Shown in pieces: positions 25,954 to 38,302 of a stretch of 64,000 nt of DNA (the stretch's first letter is position 1; the number at the start of each line of letters is the position of its first letter). The position numbers were made by a program, and so were the translations under genes. Under the pieces are notes generated by a model that searched no databases, was not told the origin of the DNA, and saw only the letters and a program-made list of their open reading frames with translations. This stretch comes from Massalongia carnosa (Eukaryota): assembly GCA_965645245.1 (NCBI GenBank), contig OZ287068.1:2294001-2358000 (forward strand), given 5' to 3'.

Positions 25954-27591
25954 GTTGCGTTATGCAGGAGAGGAATGCACGGATGAAATATATAACGGCG
26001 GATAAAAATATCTGAAGGAAGCGAACTTTGCGGGAGGGTGGATCAAAGCGGGCGGAGGAGACAGGTATACATCTTATGCCGTGCCTACGGGGAGTCTTGA
26101 ATGCATACGTCTAAGTGTCCCTCCTGGAGCATGGAAAGGTAGATCATCCCACAGGCTTTAACAGAGGAAAAGTGAAGCAATAGGCAGACAGTAAGGCATA
26201 TCGAGGTCGAAACCGGGGAGACGATGGAACCATACCTCGCGCTGCGCCTGAATACATTGGGAATAGGGGATCCATATATGACAGCCAAATCCAAGCAGCC
26301 TCAGCGGGTGTGGCGCAGCTTATTGATACCCACGCATCGGTTCTGTTTCCGTCGGCTCCGTTAGGCGTAAATGATACCGAGTCACTAGTGTAGTCACATT
26401 CGCCGTTGAAATAACGTTACCGGTTCCCTCGAAGCCGGAAGTCTTTACAACCACTTATTTCACTCTCCTTGTTGTCGGTGTCCGGGAATCAGTGCGCGAC
26501 TCGAAATCGAACACGGTGTATCGAGGAGAGTGCGAAGCACACGAATATAGAGTATACTCGTAAACCACCTCTCTATACTCTTTACTCAGTATTTCGTTCA
26601 GGATAGTGCGATATTACAACCCTGCAAGTAGGATCGATTGGGTAACAATACAGTGTCGTATCGAATACATCCAATCAATCATCGCATCGCGCCAACGTGC
26701 TCGCGAGCTTCATGTTTCGCTTGTTCAACGTTACCTAGGGTGCTAGGGCAAAGGATTTTGCATAGAACACTCGATACCTCTATACAGAGTATTCTTCCTC
26801 AAGCACTCCCGTAATTCTATCTTTGACCGTTGCCCACAATACCCTGTAGAGCATCCCGAGTACTCTATGCATGTTCAGGAGAACCTTTCGTTGCTACCAG
26901 GCACTGCGCCCACCTCTTTCCGGGCTCTCCTCCTTGCCTCTCAGCCTCGATCGCTTTTCCTTCATACCTACAAAACACAGAATACTGTATCGAGTACTCT
27001 ATCCGTACTCGGTACAGAATACCACGGAGTCTGCCTTAGACCCTGCCTTTAAATCCTCGCATATTTCCCGTTTCGTATTTTACCGCCTACTCTGGACCTA
27101 TTGTCGCTTTACGGAGTATTGATCTCAGCGTCGAAGCCCCATGTCACAAGACACGTTGTACGTGGGCGCTCTGTGTGCATCTTATCCTATCGTATACGCC
27201 ATAGAGTTCCCATCGTCCATTCTTGAATGAAGGCTTGTACCCCACCCTTCCCCGTCCTAGAATTCAAATCAAAATCCCTCGTTCGCTTCTCTAAATGATC
27301 CGATGGGGAAAAGAGGCGAAAAGAGAAGGACCCGAACAAGACTAGACTGCATGGCAGCCTCTCTGCCCATCCTACCTACCTACTTACCTCTCGCCTCACA
27401 TGGAGAGTGCTCACCTACCCACTTACCCACCTACCCACCTACTCACACCTACTTACCTATCTCGCCTGGCCTCCCCTATTCATCTACCAAATGTGCCGGC
27501 CTCGTGTCTCTCAAATGATTCTTAGTCCTCTTTACAGGGGCCCGACGTAACTTGAAGCTGGCGACGGTTCTCGTCTCCATCGGTGTTCAAT

Positions 27592-29671
27592 ATGGTCCTT
27601 CCTGGCTGGAATGTCACCGAACCGCTGCATGTCGCCGGAAAATTCTACTCCTTCGTGCAACAATATCGAGGAGCTCCCGAGCAAATCAAAGCCTTTGCAG
27701 CCTACGTGAAAAAATTCACCACAGCGTTGGAAGCGTTCGACAGCTGTTTAGAGCATTCCGGCTCCATCCCGACCGATGACCTCGACAGGCTGAGTTTCGC
27801 CGCCGATGGTTTCAGGACCTGTGCCAAAAACTGCCAGGCCTTCGTTAGCACCTTCTTCACGGACAATAAAGTCGGGCCTGGCGACCAGTTGAATTGGGTC
27901 TGGCGAAAGGACAAGGCTGATGCGCTGAAGAAGGAGATGAACGAGCAAGTCGAATTCACTAACCTGCACCTTCATCTCACAACAATGTATGTATCAGGAT
28001 AGGTCACTGTGAAAGTTTTCCCTGCTGAGGGGGAATAGGAAGGATCAGCAAAGGCGGAAATCTGCGATAGAAGGCTCAAGCACTCGTCCTCTAACTCCAG
28101 GCAGGCTGCTCAGGGTTGACGCTGATGTCACGTCGTCACAACCGCCAACACGAAACAACAGCCTCTCCACGCTGATCGCGGCTCAACTCGAGGGATCGAC
28201 TGCAGTGAGTTCGATGAACTCTGCATATCAGCCGGACGAGCGCAGCATGAGCGTATCGCCACACTCGGACGGCCGACCATATTCTTTTCTGGAATACGTA
28301 CCACAAGAGATACTTCAGAGACGGGACTCTGAGGTCAGTCTCAGTCTCCCGTCCTCTGCTACAACAATGGATAATCTCGATGGCGTCACTATGTATGTCA
28401 ATCACAAACGGGTTGTTTCACCTCGTTCATCCCTCTAACGCCATCGCCCAAAAGCTTCTATCGTACAACCGCGACCGGTGAACCGCGACCGGTGCAAAAG
28501 CTGGAGTTTTTGCACGACATGTATGGGGACCTCCGTTACATCATCGCGACCCTTCCGGCTGCTTACAATGCTCGCTTTTTTCAACGAGGTAGGAATTCTG
28601 ACGTCTCGGATGGTTGGTGCTCACAATTCTACAGTCCTACCATCACCTCGCGTGATCCCGCACTCGGAGCATCCTCAGGCGTATGAATACCAGAAAATTT
28701 TTCGGGTTAAGTTTCTCGAACCTCAGCAGTTGACATCCCAGAGATGGTTGTCGTCACCGATGAGTGCGGCGAGCATAGGAAGCGGTGGCACATCCAGCAC
28801 TCGTAGCGCGAGCGTGTCCTCTGTGTGTGGAACACCTGACACCTTTCCTTCCTCTGCGAGTATCATAAGTTCCATGAGTATTGGTTCGCCTTCTCTGTCT
28901 GCCCGCGCCTGCAGGTTTGTGGATGAAACCAATTATCCAAAATATGAGTTTCGGCATGAGGAAGGTACGTGACCCAGGCAATCGGTCGTACCGATCCCGT
29001 CTGATGACGTCAGATTTTATCAAATTCCAGGAAAACCTTATCGGCAAAACACTTCTGCTCACCATTCCAGTGAACCAGATCATCTCCCAACAACTAGAGC
29101 CACCTAGGATGCGCGTAGAAAGCCACACGCAATGCCTGCGGCTTTGGAGCAGTGGTCGATCACAATCGATCATGTATCACGCCAATCTTTTGGCTCCGTG
29201 GCCTCAATATTTTGAACACGACAGTGAGTAGAAATACTATGCGCACCCACAGCGTTAGGCATCCAGCTGAGCAGGTCAGTCGAACACTTCAGAAATGACC
29301 CGGAGTCTCCCGATGGTATCGTCACCCTATTAGTCAAGCAATCGACAACGTCACCACCTATGGTTAAGCGCCAAGGAATGTTCAGATCTCTACTCCAGAG
29401 TCCATCCAAGAACGTGAAACCGACGGATGACGAAGACGTCGTTGCAAAGTCTGAACTCCCCGAGAATCTACAGAATTTATCTGCCCTGATGATACATTTT
29501 ACCTATCCTGATGGTAGGTTAATCGCTTATCTTCCAATCTTTCAGCTTCGGCGGGAGCTGACGGAGTTTCTCCTAGACAGAGTGTCTTTCCTGAAACGAG
29601 CAAAGTTTTATGGAACGCCGGATGCGTCGGCAATACCCCCTTTTCCCTTCCAGCAACCATCATATCGATGA
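27592..29671 (+). CDS. Multi-exon hypothetical protein with a HeLo/SesA-like N-terminal helical domain
   Basis: MVLPGWNVTEPLHVAGKFYSFVQQYRGAPEQIKAF..LNWVWRKDKADALKKEM, followed by consecutive + strand ORF blocks separated by GT..AG introns. Confidence 0.6.
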
Positions 29672-31699
29672 AACGAATACCTGTGACAGAGGTATGGAAG
29701 TCCCATGTATTTGGCTCCAACTACTTCAAGTTAAGAACTAGCGCACGGCATGAGCGCGTATCAACAGAGACTAGACTTGAAGCCATCCAATTCGACTTTC
29801 AAACTTAACAATACCAAAAATATTTTCTGTCATCTATTTCTGCCCGAGAATATCCTCAAAGGCCTCCTATGCTTCTCTAAACTAGTGTAGCACCAAAATT
29901 GGGCGTTGTTGAATCAAACGAGACAGCAGGTACTGAGATAACTCATACATACTCTCCAAAGCGTATTTTTTGGTGCTCCCAAAGAAAAAAAGGTATCACA
30001 TCCTCGCAGGTCACCTATAGCTTCGATTAGCCTATAGGTTGTTCATGAGAACTAAGTCAATTTGGAACGTAGAGCTGGTCACCTGACAGGCTATTTCTGG
30101 TCCTGGTCTCTCTGGGTTTCGCACTCTCCCCCATTCAATCCGGAGCAGTCAACCCGGTAATCAAGCTGTTCGGAGTGAAAAAATAACCATTTATGCCTCT
30201 CTGGAAACAAAACTCTTACTCGCACAGGCATGACATAGTGGTTAGAAAATTGGACAGAATGAAGTTACATGTAGAGCTTACAGCTCTAGGCGCGAGATAT
30301 GCTAGGCTGCTTGAAGTGGTGTGTGAATCTTGACTTTCTTTCATAGAGTTAACGGAAAGGCTGACCATAGCTAATGATCTAGGAAACGACAGAGGAGAGG
30401 AGCGTAGAGAGGCAAGTTTGCCATTGGACGGGAATATGATATGGAAGAAAGAAGATGATGGGAATAGAGCGGACGCTAGATTCTTCGAAAACGTCCAGAT
30501 TCCATCCTCTTATACTTTCCCTCAGGTGGAATAAATCTGCTACGCTGCATTTAATCAGTCAAGCTTCTAGCCGGTTTGATGGTGAAGACGATGAGTATAT
30601 GAGTGAGTAAGCGATGGAGAGGGTTGGAAATCTATCACCGACCAAAATCAGCTCTGAGCATAAATGAGTGGATTTTCATCGCCAGGGTTAGGGTTGATTG
30701 GAAAAGAAGATATGAAACCCCGTCGTTATCATTTATCTTTTTCTATATATAAAATATATCAGTACATGCAATTACGTGTATAATCTTTTGTCAATAACGT
30801 ACTTCAAAAGAAGAAGACTGGGATTTTGTGTTTTCTTTTCTGGAATAGGGGGAAAATGGGGTGAGAGAAGTGGAAGAGGAAGAGGAAGTGGAGGGAAAGA
30901 GTTTGCCTTTTTCTTTTTCTTCGTTTGATCGTTTGAGTAAGTGGATTGATGATTGGATGGTGAGTCGATGAGTGGGTAGATGTATCACGGTACAAGGGCG
31001 AGTTCTAATTCAGGTGGTGCAAACATGAGACTCGATTGCCTAGTTAAATACACAAGACGAAAAGAACCAAGAGAACGAAATGACACGCCTATAACTCCTA
31101 GTAATTAAGCTAGTCCTCATTCAGACATCGCCTGCCCTGATTCCCATACTGACTTCGTCATGATTTCGGCATGCACTTCCGCAATGCCACTACCTCATGA
31201 TCGTAACTCATTATCCTCGGAAGACTAGTTCTTCCCGTTCCGACAAATGCCCAATTCCACCTACGGTTGCCCTAGATGGACCGATTGGGCTTAGCTTATT
31301 TTGGCAGACTAACCTAAAGGTTTGACACTCCATGAGAGGATGGTAAGTAGGGAAACAAGCGAGTAAATGGAAATCAACCACGACTGGTTGAGATTATTGA
31401 GAGGTTAAGAGATAATATTCGAGATTCAGATATGTTGAAAGCTAAAAGGTTGAGGAAGCGGAGGGGTTGAGAAATGGAAAGAATTATTGAAATTATTGGA
31501 GAGATCGCTGAAAATGAACGTTAGTTTTTATCGACGAGAAGAAAAACCATGCGGAAAGAACAAGACGGAAGAAACAACAACGAATAGGATTTTCCTCGAG
31601 AAGTGTTATTTTATAGAATTATGGATTAGGAGTATCATCGTGATTACCGACTGACGACGAACTTTTTCTTATAGTACAAGTGTTTAATGTTGAAGTGGG

Positions 31700-31933
31700 C
31701 ACGCGGTGCGAAAAATAGTTGACACACCAAAAATATAAAATAATTATGATAGGCTACATCGTTAAGTAATACATTTCCAAAAAGTTAAGGTGAATTTGAA
31801 CACATAACTCTATTACTCTATCAAGTCTGTTTTACTGGTTCATCTGTTGTTGATTTTCTATATTATGTTGAAGCTTTGTAGTTTTATGCGTACTGACGAG
31901 TTTTGGTGTGTCAACTTTTTTTCGCACCGCGTG
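31700..31933. mobile_element. 234-bp MITE with 33-bp TIRs starting CACGCGG; 5-bp TSD GTGGG
   Basis: CACGCGGTGCGAAAAA(T/A)AGTTGACACACCAAAA at both ends; GTGGG at 31695-31699 and 31934-31938; AT-rich non-coding interior. Confidence 0.9.
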
Positions 31934-33550
31934 GTGGGGTACTAGTACCCTGTACAGTCCTATCAAGCACAGACCTTTCCGCAGTCACGGCAGTTTCTAG
32001 TGCCGGGGCCGAGGTTGGCCGAGTCATGTGACACACCCCTGAGCACTGTTCATCCGTCGTTCGTTTTGCTTCGTCTTTTTCCAGTCTTTCGTTCAGCAGA
32101 GCCACTCTTTTCTAGCTAGTCAGCCATATAGTCCATTCAGCCGTTGTACATATATAAGCTGACACATGAGGTGACGGTCTTTTTGCTTCGTTTCTGTCTT
32201 TTGATGTCGCCGTCCAGCGTCTTCGGCAACGGCTCCATTGGTTCATCACGACATGCGCTACCTATCATCGCCTTTTTATGATGGACGTAGTGGTGCTTCG
32301 TAGACAATCAACTACATTAGCATATAGCGAAAAAGCCATCTATGCTTTTCATGCTTCATTTACACCTCTGCCTTCGCCTCAATTCCTGTCTCCACTTCCT
32401 CATCTCTTTCTTTGCTCTTCTCTCTCTTCATTTCTCCCCTCCCTAAACCTAAAGAACTAACGACTTCTTTTAGGAGCAGCAAAGAAAGGATAATTGAAAA
32501 GAAACTGAAAGTATGCATGTAGATAGATAGGTATGTATATATACGAAAGGCAAGAAGCGAGGCGAGGGAATATGGGAGAGGGGGAAGGGAGAGAGGGAAG
32601 GGGTAGAAAAAGGAGTAGAGAGGGGGGGGGGGGGGGGTAAGGAACAAGGGATAGGAGATAGAGAATATCGACTAGGAATTGGGGTTTTTATTTTTTTTTT
32701 GAAAGCGATTATTGAATGAGAGAGAAGCGAAGAGAAATGAAAAAAAGAAATGAGAAATGAGCGACTGATAATTGATGATTGAAAGATGAAGGGGTTTTTG
32801 AAGAAGGAATAGATGAAAAAGAAAAACGAATATGGAGATGGAGAAGAAAAGGGAAAGAAGAATCGTGATTATGAAGGGGATTATCTGAATTTGGAAAGGG
32901 GGTTTCTTCGATAGGAAGTTTGAGGGGGGAGTTGGGCCGGGGTGAGGTGGGGGTAGAATGGGGTGTCAACTGTGTTATGATCTACCTAGAGACTAGTCAT
33001 AGAGACACTAGAAACGAATACAATCAAGATGAAGAAGAAAAAGACCATCGACCACCTGAACCTGCCCCTATATATCTTCTGTCGCGCTAGTACCCATGTG
33101 GTATAGTCGCGATGGAATCTTTTTGTGAAAAGTGCTTGCGTGCCGAATTAACCGAGGTTGCGCCGGATAGAATCGTAAGAAGTTGAACAGTATCAGTGTC
33201 AATCTTAGTCTTGCAAATACATACCATATAACAAGTTTTATTTTATTTTTAGATAAGTAAATAAATCAATACCTAATACTGAAGCTTCTTTCGTACAGCT
33301 TCGCTTTTCCTTAACTCGTGTCTTTAACCCTCGAGCCGGTGAGAAGGGGTGATGAATGGCAAAGATGCGTGCTAATAGAATGAGGTGCGACGTGATAGAT
33401 AGATGGCCAACTGAGCAGTGAACACCCACAAATGATCGAATGAGTCTACGACTACATGAACATGTGATGAACTCGACTAGACGACTGCACAAATGAGTGT
33501 GTTGTCACTATGACTATGTGACAAAGATGAAGTGTTGAGACGCTGTGTTG

Positions 33551-33612
33551 AGATGTATATGTAGATGTAGATGTATATGTAGATGTAGATGTAGATGTAT
33601 ATGTAGATGTAT
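33551..33612. repeat. Hexanucleotide microsatellite (AGATGT/ATATGT)n
   Basis: About 10 units visible. Confidence 0.9.
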
Positions 33613-36600
33613 GTAAAAATGTGAAGGTGCAGGAGAAAACGCCAGCAAAAAGCCCCTTTTATCCCGACTCTCGGCTGCACACAGGCCTGTCCTGTCACCT
33701 GATCATCTATATAGCACGTGTGACCCCGCCACACCGGGTTTCGGGCAGGAAGCGAAATGGTTGCTTGATTGCTTAGGTGGTTGGTTGGATACGTGTGTGA
33801 GTGTGAGAGTGTGTAGTTGGTAAGGGAGTGGGTTGAGGTTGTCGAAGCGGGCGAGGGAAGGAGGAGGATATGAAGATGAAGATGGAGATGGCGAGGGGGA
33901 AAGGGACGGGTTGTTGTGAAAAGGGGGTTTTGATTTTTGGGATTAAGGTTGATGGGCTGGTTGTTTATAAAGGGTAGGATGTCCGATGATTCATTCGAAT
34001 GGGGATTGGGTTGGTGGAGGAGGTTTTTTTTCTTCGGGTGTAGGTTTTTGCGGTGCGTGTTTGACGAAAGTGATGGAGGGCTATTTTGGAGACGGTGAAG
34101 ATAGTTAGTCGTGGGAAAGGGTCTGAAGATAACTCTTCGTAAATGAAAAAAGAATCATATTAAGAATTTGTTCATTGAGTTTCTTTAGATTGAGATGGAT
34201 CCAAAAGATAGGAGGTTATTGTCATGTCGCTTAGATAGGTCGAGAAACAAGATGAGTGATAAATAGGGTGCTGTAGTCGCCTTGAAGATAAATGAAGGTT
34301 TTATTCTCTTCGTTGCGCATATGTTGCGGGGAGAGATTCGATGAAGATCGCTAATCTGCTTTCTTATCATTAGCATTATTAAAGTAAGTATGAGCTTCGT
34401 CCAACTGTTCTTTTCGCTGGCCTGGATAAACAAAGCTGACGAAGACTGTAATTAACGCATTTTTCGTGGTTGAATGTACTTCTTCAGTCCTTTGATTGCT
34501 TCAGTTATGGGCGCGGCTACACCAGGTCAAATAAGAAGGAAATGTGCCCAGGCTGAGAACAGGGCGGAAATAACAATGAAAGGAGTAAAAGCTCTAGAAC
34601 TCTTCACGTGCTTCAAGAGATCGTTGAGAGGACGCGGCCGTAAAACAAGCGTGCATGCTCAGAGATGAATGAAGCACCGGACCTTGCCTTGAAATGTTGG
34701 AATTGGAAAAAAAAGCAATTTTGACTTTCCGTCGCATTCTCTCGGAGATTTTGACATGACACGAGACCCTGCGAGGATTGGCGCTGATGACAAGGAACAC
34801 CAGAGGAAGCAACAAATGAGATGAGATAAGGTGGGGAAACGCGCATGCGACGATCCTGCGGGTGATAAAAAATAACGACCCGTAATTAGAAGTACGCAAG
34901 ATGTCCGGCCCGTCATCCTGGAACGATTATTACCACGGCGCTTGACCTGAAATCCTTGGATGCCGACAAAGTAGCCAATAGGAATTGAACAGAGGTGTCT
35001 TAAATACAACAATAGCTGCAAGATGCCTACGGGAGTTCAAACGTAAGAGGATAAAATTGTCAGGATATCCAGGAAGCGGTGTATCGTGGTTGCTCGTTGG
35101 TGGTTGCTGAACCTATAGCGCCCAGCTATTCCTGGGGATAATGTTGTGATTACTTGCATTGATGATCACATTCAGCCCCATTCGGAAGGCGGCCGTTCAT
35201 ATTATACGCAGGGTTTATTCTATGAAACTTCACTAAATTCTCATTTTCAGTTGGTTATCGCATCATTGACGATCATGCTTTCAGCCATCAAGGCAGCTAA
35301 ACGCTATGGCATGCAGTGCGGAGGGAGAGGGGAAGAAGCCAACAGAAAAAGGGAAATTTGCTACAGTATAGTTGCGAACGGGCTAGAGGGACACGGGATG
35401 TTTTCGAAGCGGAATTAGGCTCATCGGTCTGGAAAATAGCAAGAAACCAACGCAGGGGTAATTGAGGATGTAAGTAAAAAGGTCAATATAGGGAACGATG
35501 AACAGGGAACGGGATTCTACCAGTATCTGATCATGATCTTGGTTGGCTTACCATGCCCACTACGCTTCATTGCAACAAACCCGTTGTAGGAACCCCTTCG
35601 GTGCATTGATATACCTTGACGGAGAGAAGAGATTTGATTTGTGTTAAGGCTGAGATGGATGGATGATATCTGTGTATCACTTTTTTTTCGGTTCATCCTT
35701 TCTTTTCCTGCTTCCCTTTTCTCCCTTTTCTTGACGCCGCCGGTGAGAGTCAGGAACAAGATTGAGGCGGGAAAAGAAGATCAATTAGGAAGCACGTTTC
35801 TCCGTTATCCGTGTTTTTAATACCACTTGCCGAGCGTCTAGAGTATCGATTACCGATTGATTACATTCTAGCGTCACGGTACGGAAAGAAAAGAGAATGA
35901 GCTTAATTTGATCTCCCGTCCCGTCCCTCCCTTATCCTTCTCAACCCTCGACCCCTTTTAAATCTCTACGCACGTTTTCATAATAACGATCATACGAGTC
36001 CTAGAACAAAATACACTGATCCATCTTAGCTGCTGGTTGATGATTTAGTACGAGTTGCACGCACAACTGATTGAGTCCAATTAAGCCTAAACATAGCATT
36101 GCTTGATCGACCCAGGAACGGCTGATCGTCTCGTTCGCTAGCTTGTCGTGCTTGTCATCTCCAACTCTCGGCCGTCCCAAACTAAGAAAATAAGCTTCTC
36201 GCGCGCAACGTTGGCCGAACCACCAAATGGCTGGTTTCACCACTGCGCCGCTTCGCTGATTTGCGCCTTGAACATGGCCATTTGGAGTCGGGTTTGCTCG
36301 TGCTAGAGCCGAACCTTGGTTTCACTCACGGCCCTCTGAAAGGGTTAGATATGCTTTTGTAATGAAAACCCACTCTGCGTTGCTCTGCGCTTCCGAACCG
36401 CTGTGATTTCAGACATTGCTGCACTAAGAAAAAGGCTTACGCAGGGGTCGTTGGAGCGCGGTATTGACTATAAGATGCTTCTTCGCTCATGTATCGCTCT
36501 CTCATCCAACTTTTCTCATAAATGATATCTCCTACCGTCACTCTTTTCCAAGTCGTTCATACTGTTCATTCGACTACACGTTCTTTTTGAAATCAATCCA

Positions 36601-36675
36601 TCCGCCTTCATTGATTGAAGCCTTGTCCCTTCTTTTCTCTCATCGCCCGATCCATCTCCACGGCTTTCATCCAAC

Positions 36676-38302
36676 ATGGTCGCCGTCAAAGCATGTGCAC
36701 TGGCTGCCGTAGCGTTTGTGACCCAGGTCGCTGCTCATGGCATCATTGTCGCCACCACGGTCGATGGCGTGACGTATGTATTGCTGTATGACCTATAATC
36801 TTCCTCACTAACAAGCACACAGTCACTCTAATTTCAATCCTCACGCCTGGAATCAAGATCAAAAAATTACGGCTGGATGGACCACCGACAATAAGGACTA
36901 CGGCTTTGTCAAACCATCTACCTATGCAAATGGGGATATCATCTGCCATAAGGGTGCCACGCCAGGCCAGCTCTCCATCAAACTCAAGGCGTGTACCACC
37001 ATGCATCTTCAATGGACTCGTTATGTACCTTCCCATCACGGTCCCGTTATGCACTACATGGCCAACGCCCATGGCGATCATCAAAAGGTCGACAAATTCG
37101 CCCTAAAGTGGAATAAAATCGATCAGCTTGGCCTGATCGATCCCCTCCATAGCTGGAATACTTCCGCCAGCGAACCAGGGGGTTACTGGGCCGCAGACCA
37201 GCTGATCATGCAAGGCGATCGATGGGACTTCACGGTGCCCTGCTCCATCGCCAAGGGCAAGTATGTTGTGCGCGCCGAAACCATTGCGCTACACAACGCC
37301 ATGATCAAGGACGGCGCCCAGCACTACCCGCAGTGCATCAACATTGAGGTCACTGAAGGTGGTACTAACGAACTTTTGGACGGTACCGTTGGGACGGAGC
37401 TCTACAGCCCTACTGATCCGGGCATCGGAGACTTGAATATCTTCAGTACCAACCCCATCTTAACCAACTATGTCATTCCCGGACCCGAGATCCATCAGTG
37501 CGGTCAAAAGGGCTACGACCAAACGCCAAAACCTGGCTCTGCTCCCATCTGGAAGGGACCTCAAACCGCCGAGGTTTATGGCATGCAGCTCAATAGGCAG
37601 GGAGAGTATGAAACCGTTGGTCAGGTGGGCGTTGGCGGTGGCGGTCCGGACGGCGTGACATATGGGAACACGCCAAACTCCGGGACGGGGAATGCCCCCG
37701 GCACAACTTCCACTACGCCTACTACATTAGCTCCATCAGGTAAGAACTAGTCTTGTCCTTGAGTGGACAGTTTCCCTTGTCTTGTGACTCTTACATCTGT
37801 CTGCAACATTCACCCTGGCGAAGACAACGCTAACGTGTTTCCAGCTTCCACAACCCCCTCCAACCTCCCCGGTGACAACTCCACCTATCACTCTACAAAC
37901 ACATACGATAACAAAACCCCTAACAAGAACTCCTACGACAAAAATACTCCCAACAAGAATTCTTATAATAACAATACTCCCAACGAGAGTTCGTCTGACA
38001 ACAATACTCCCAACAAGAATACCGACAACACCGACAAGAGTATCTATGGCAATCAAACTCCTGACCAGAAAACCGACTCAGAGGCAACCGGCTATACCGC
38101 TGACAAAACCATCACCAAACCCACTGGCTACACCACTTCCACGGACAACACAGTCCCCGTTAATACTGCCAATCTCGCCGATGCTAGCGGCGATGAGTCG
38201 GTCACAGGGCTCCTGGACACGATTACCAAGTGCGTGGAGAAGTTGAGGGCGAAGCTTGTCAAGACTGCCAGGCGGCACGCAAGGGATGTCGGGAAGGCTT
38301 AG
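36676..38302 (+). CDS. AA9 (GH61) lytic polysaccharide monooxygenase with a disordered C-terminal extension; introns 36774-36822 and 37740-37844
   Basis: Signal MVAVKACALAAVAFVTQVAA followed by His1 (HG). Motifs DIICHK, SHHGPV, GYWAADQLI, ETIALH and GAQHYPQC; tail ends RRHARD. Confidence 0.92.
37905..38040 (+). repeat. 30-bp (10-aa, DNKTPNKNSY-like) coding tandem repeat, ~4-5 copies, in the AA9 tail
   Basis: YDNKTPNKNS YDKNTPNKNS YNNNTPNESS SDNNTPNKNT in ORF 37763..38302. Confidence 0.8.
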
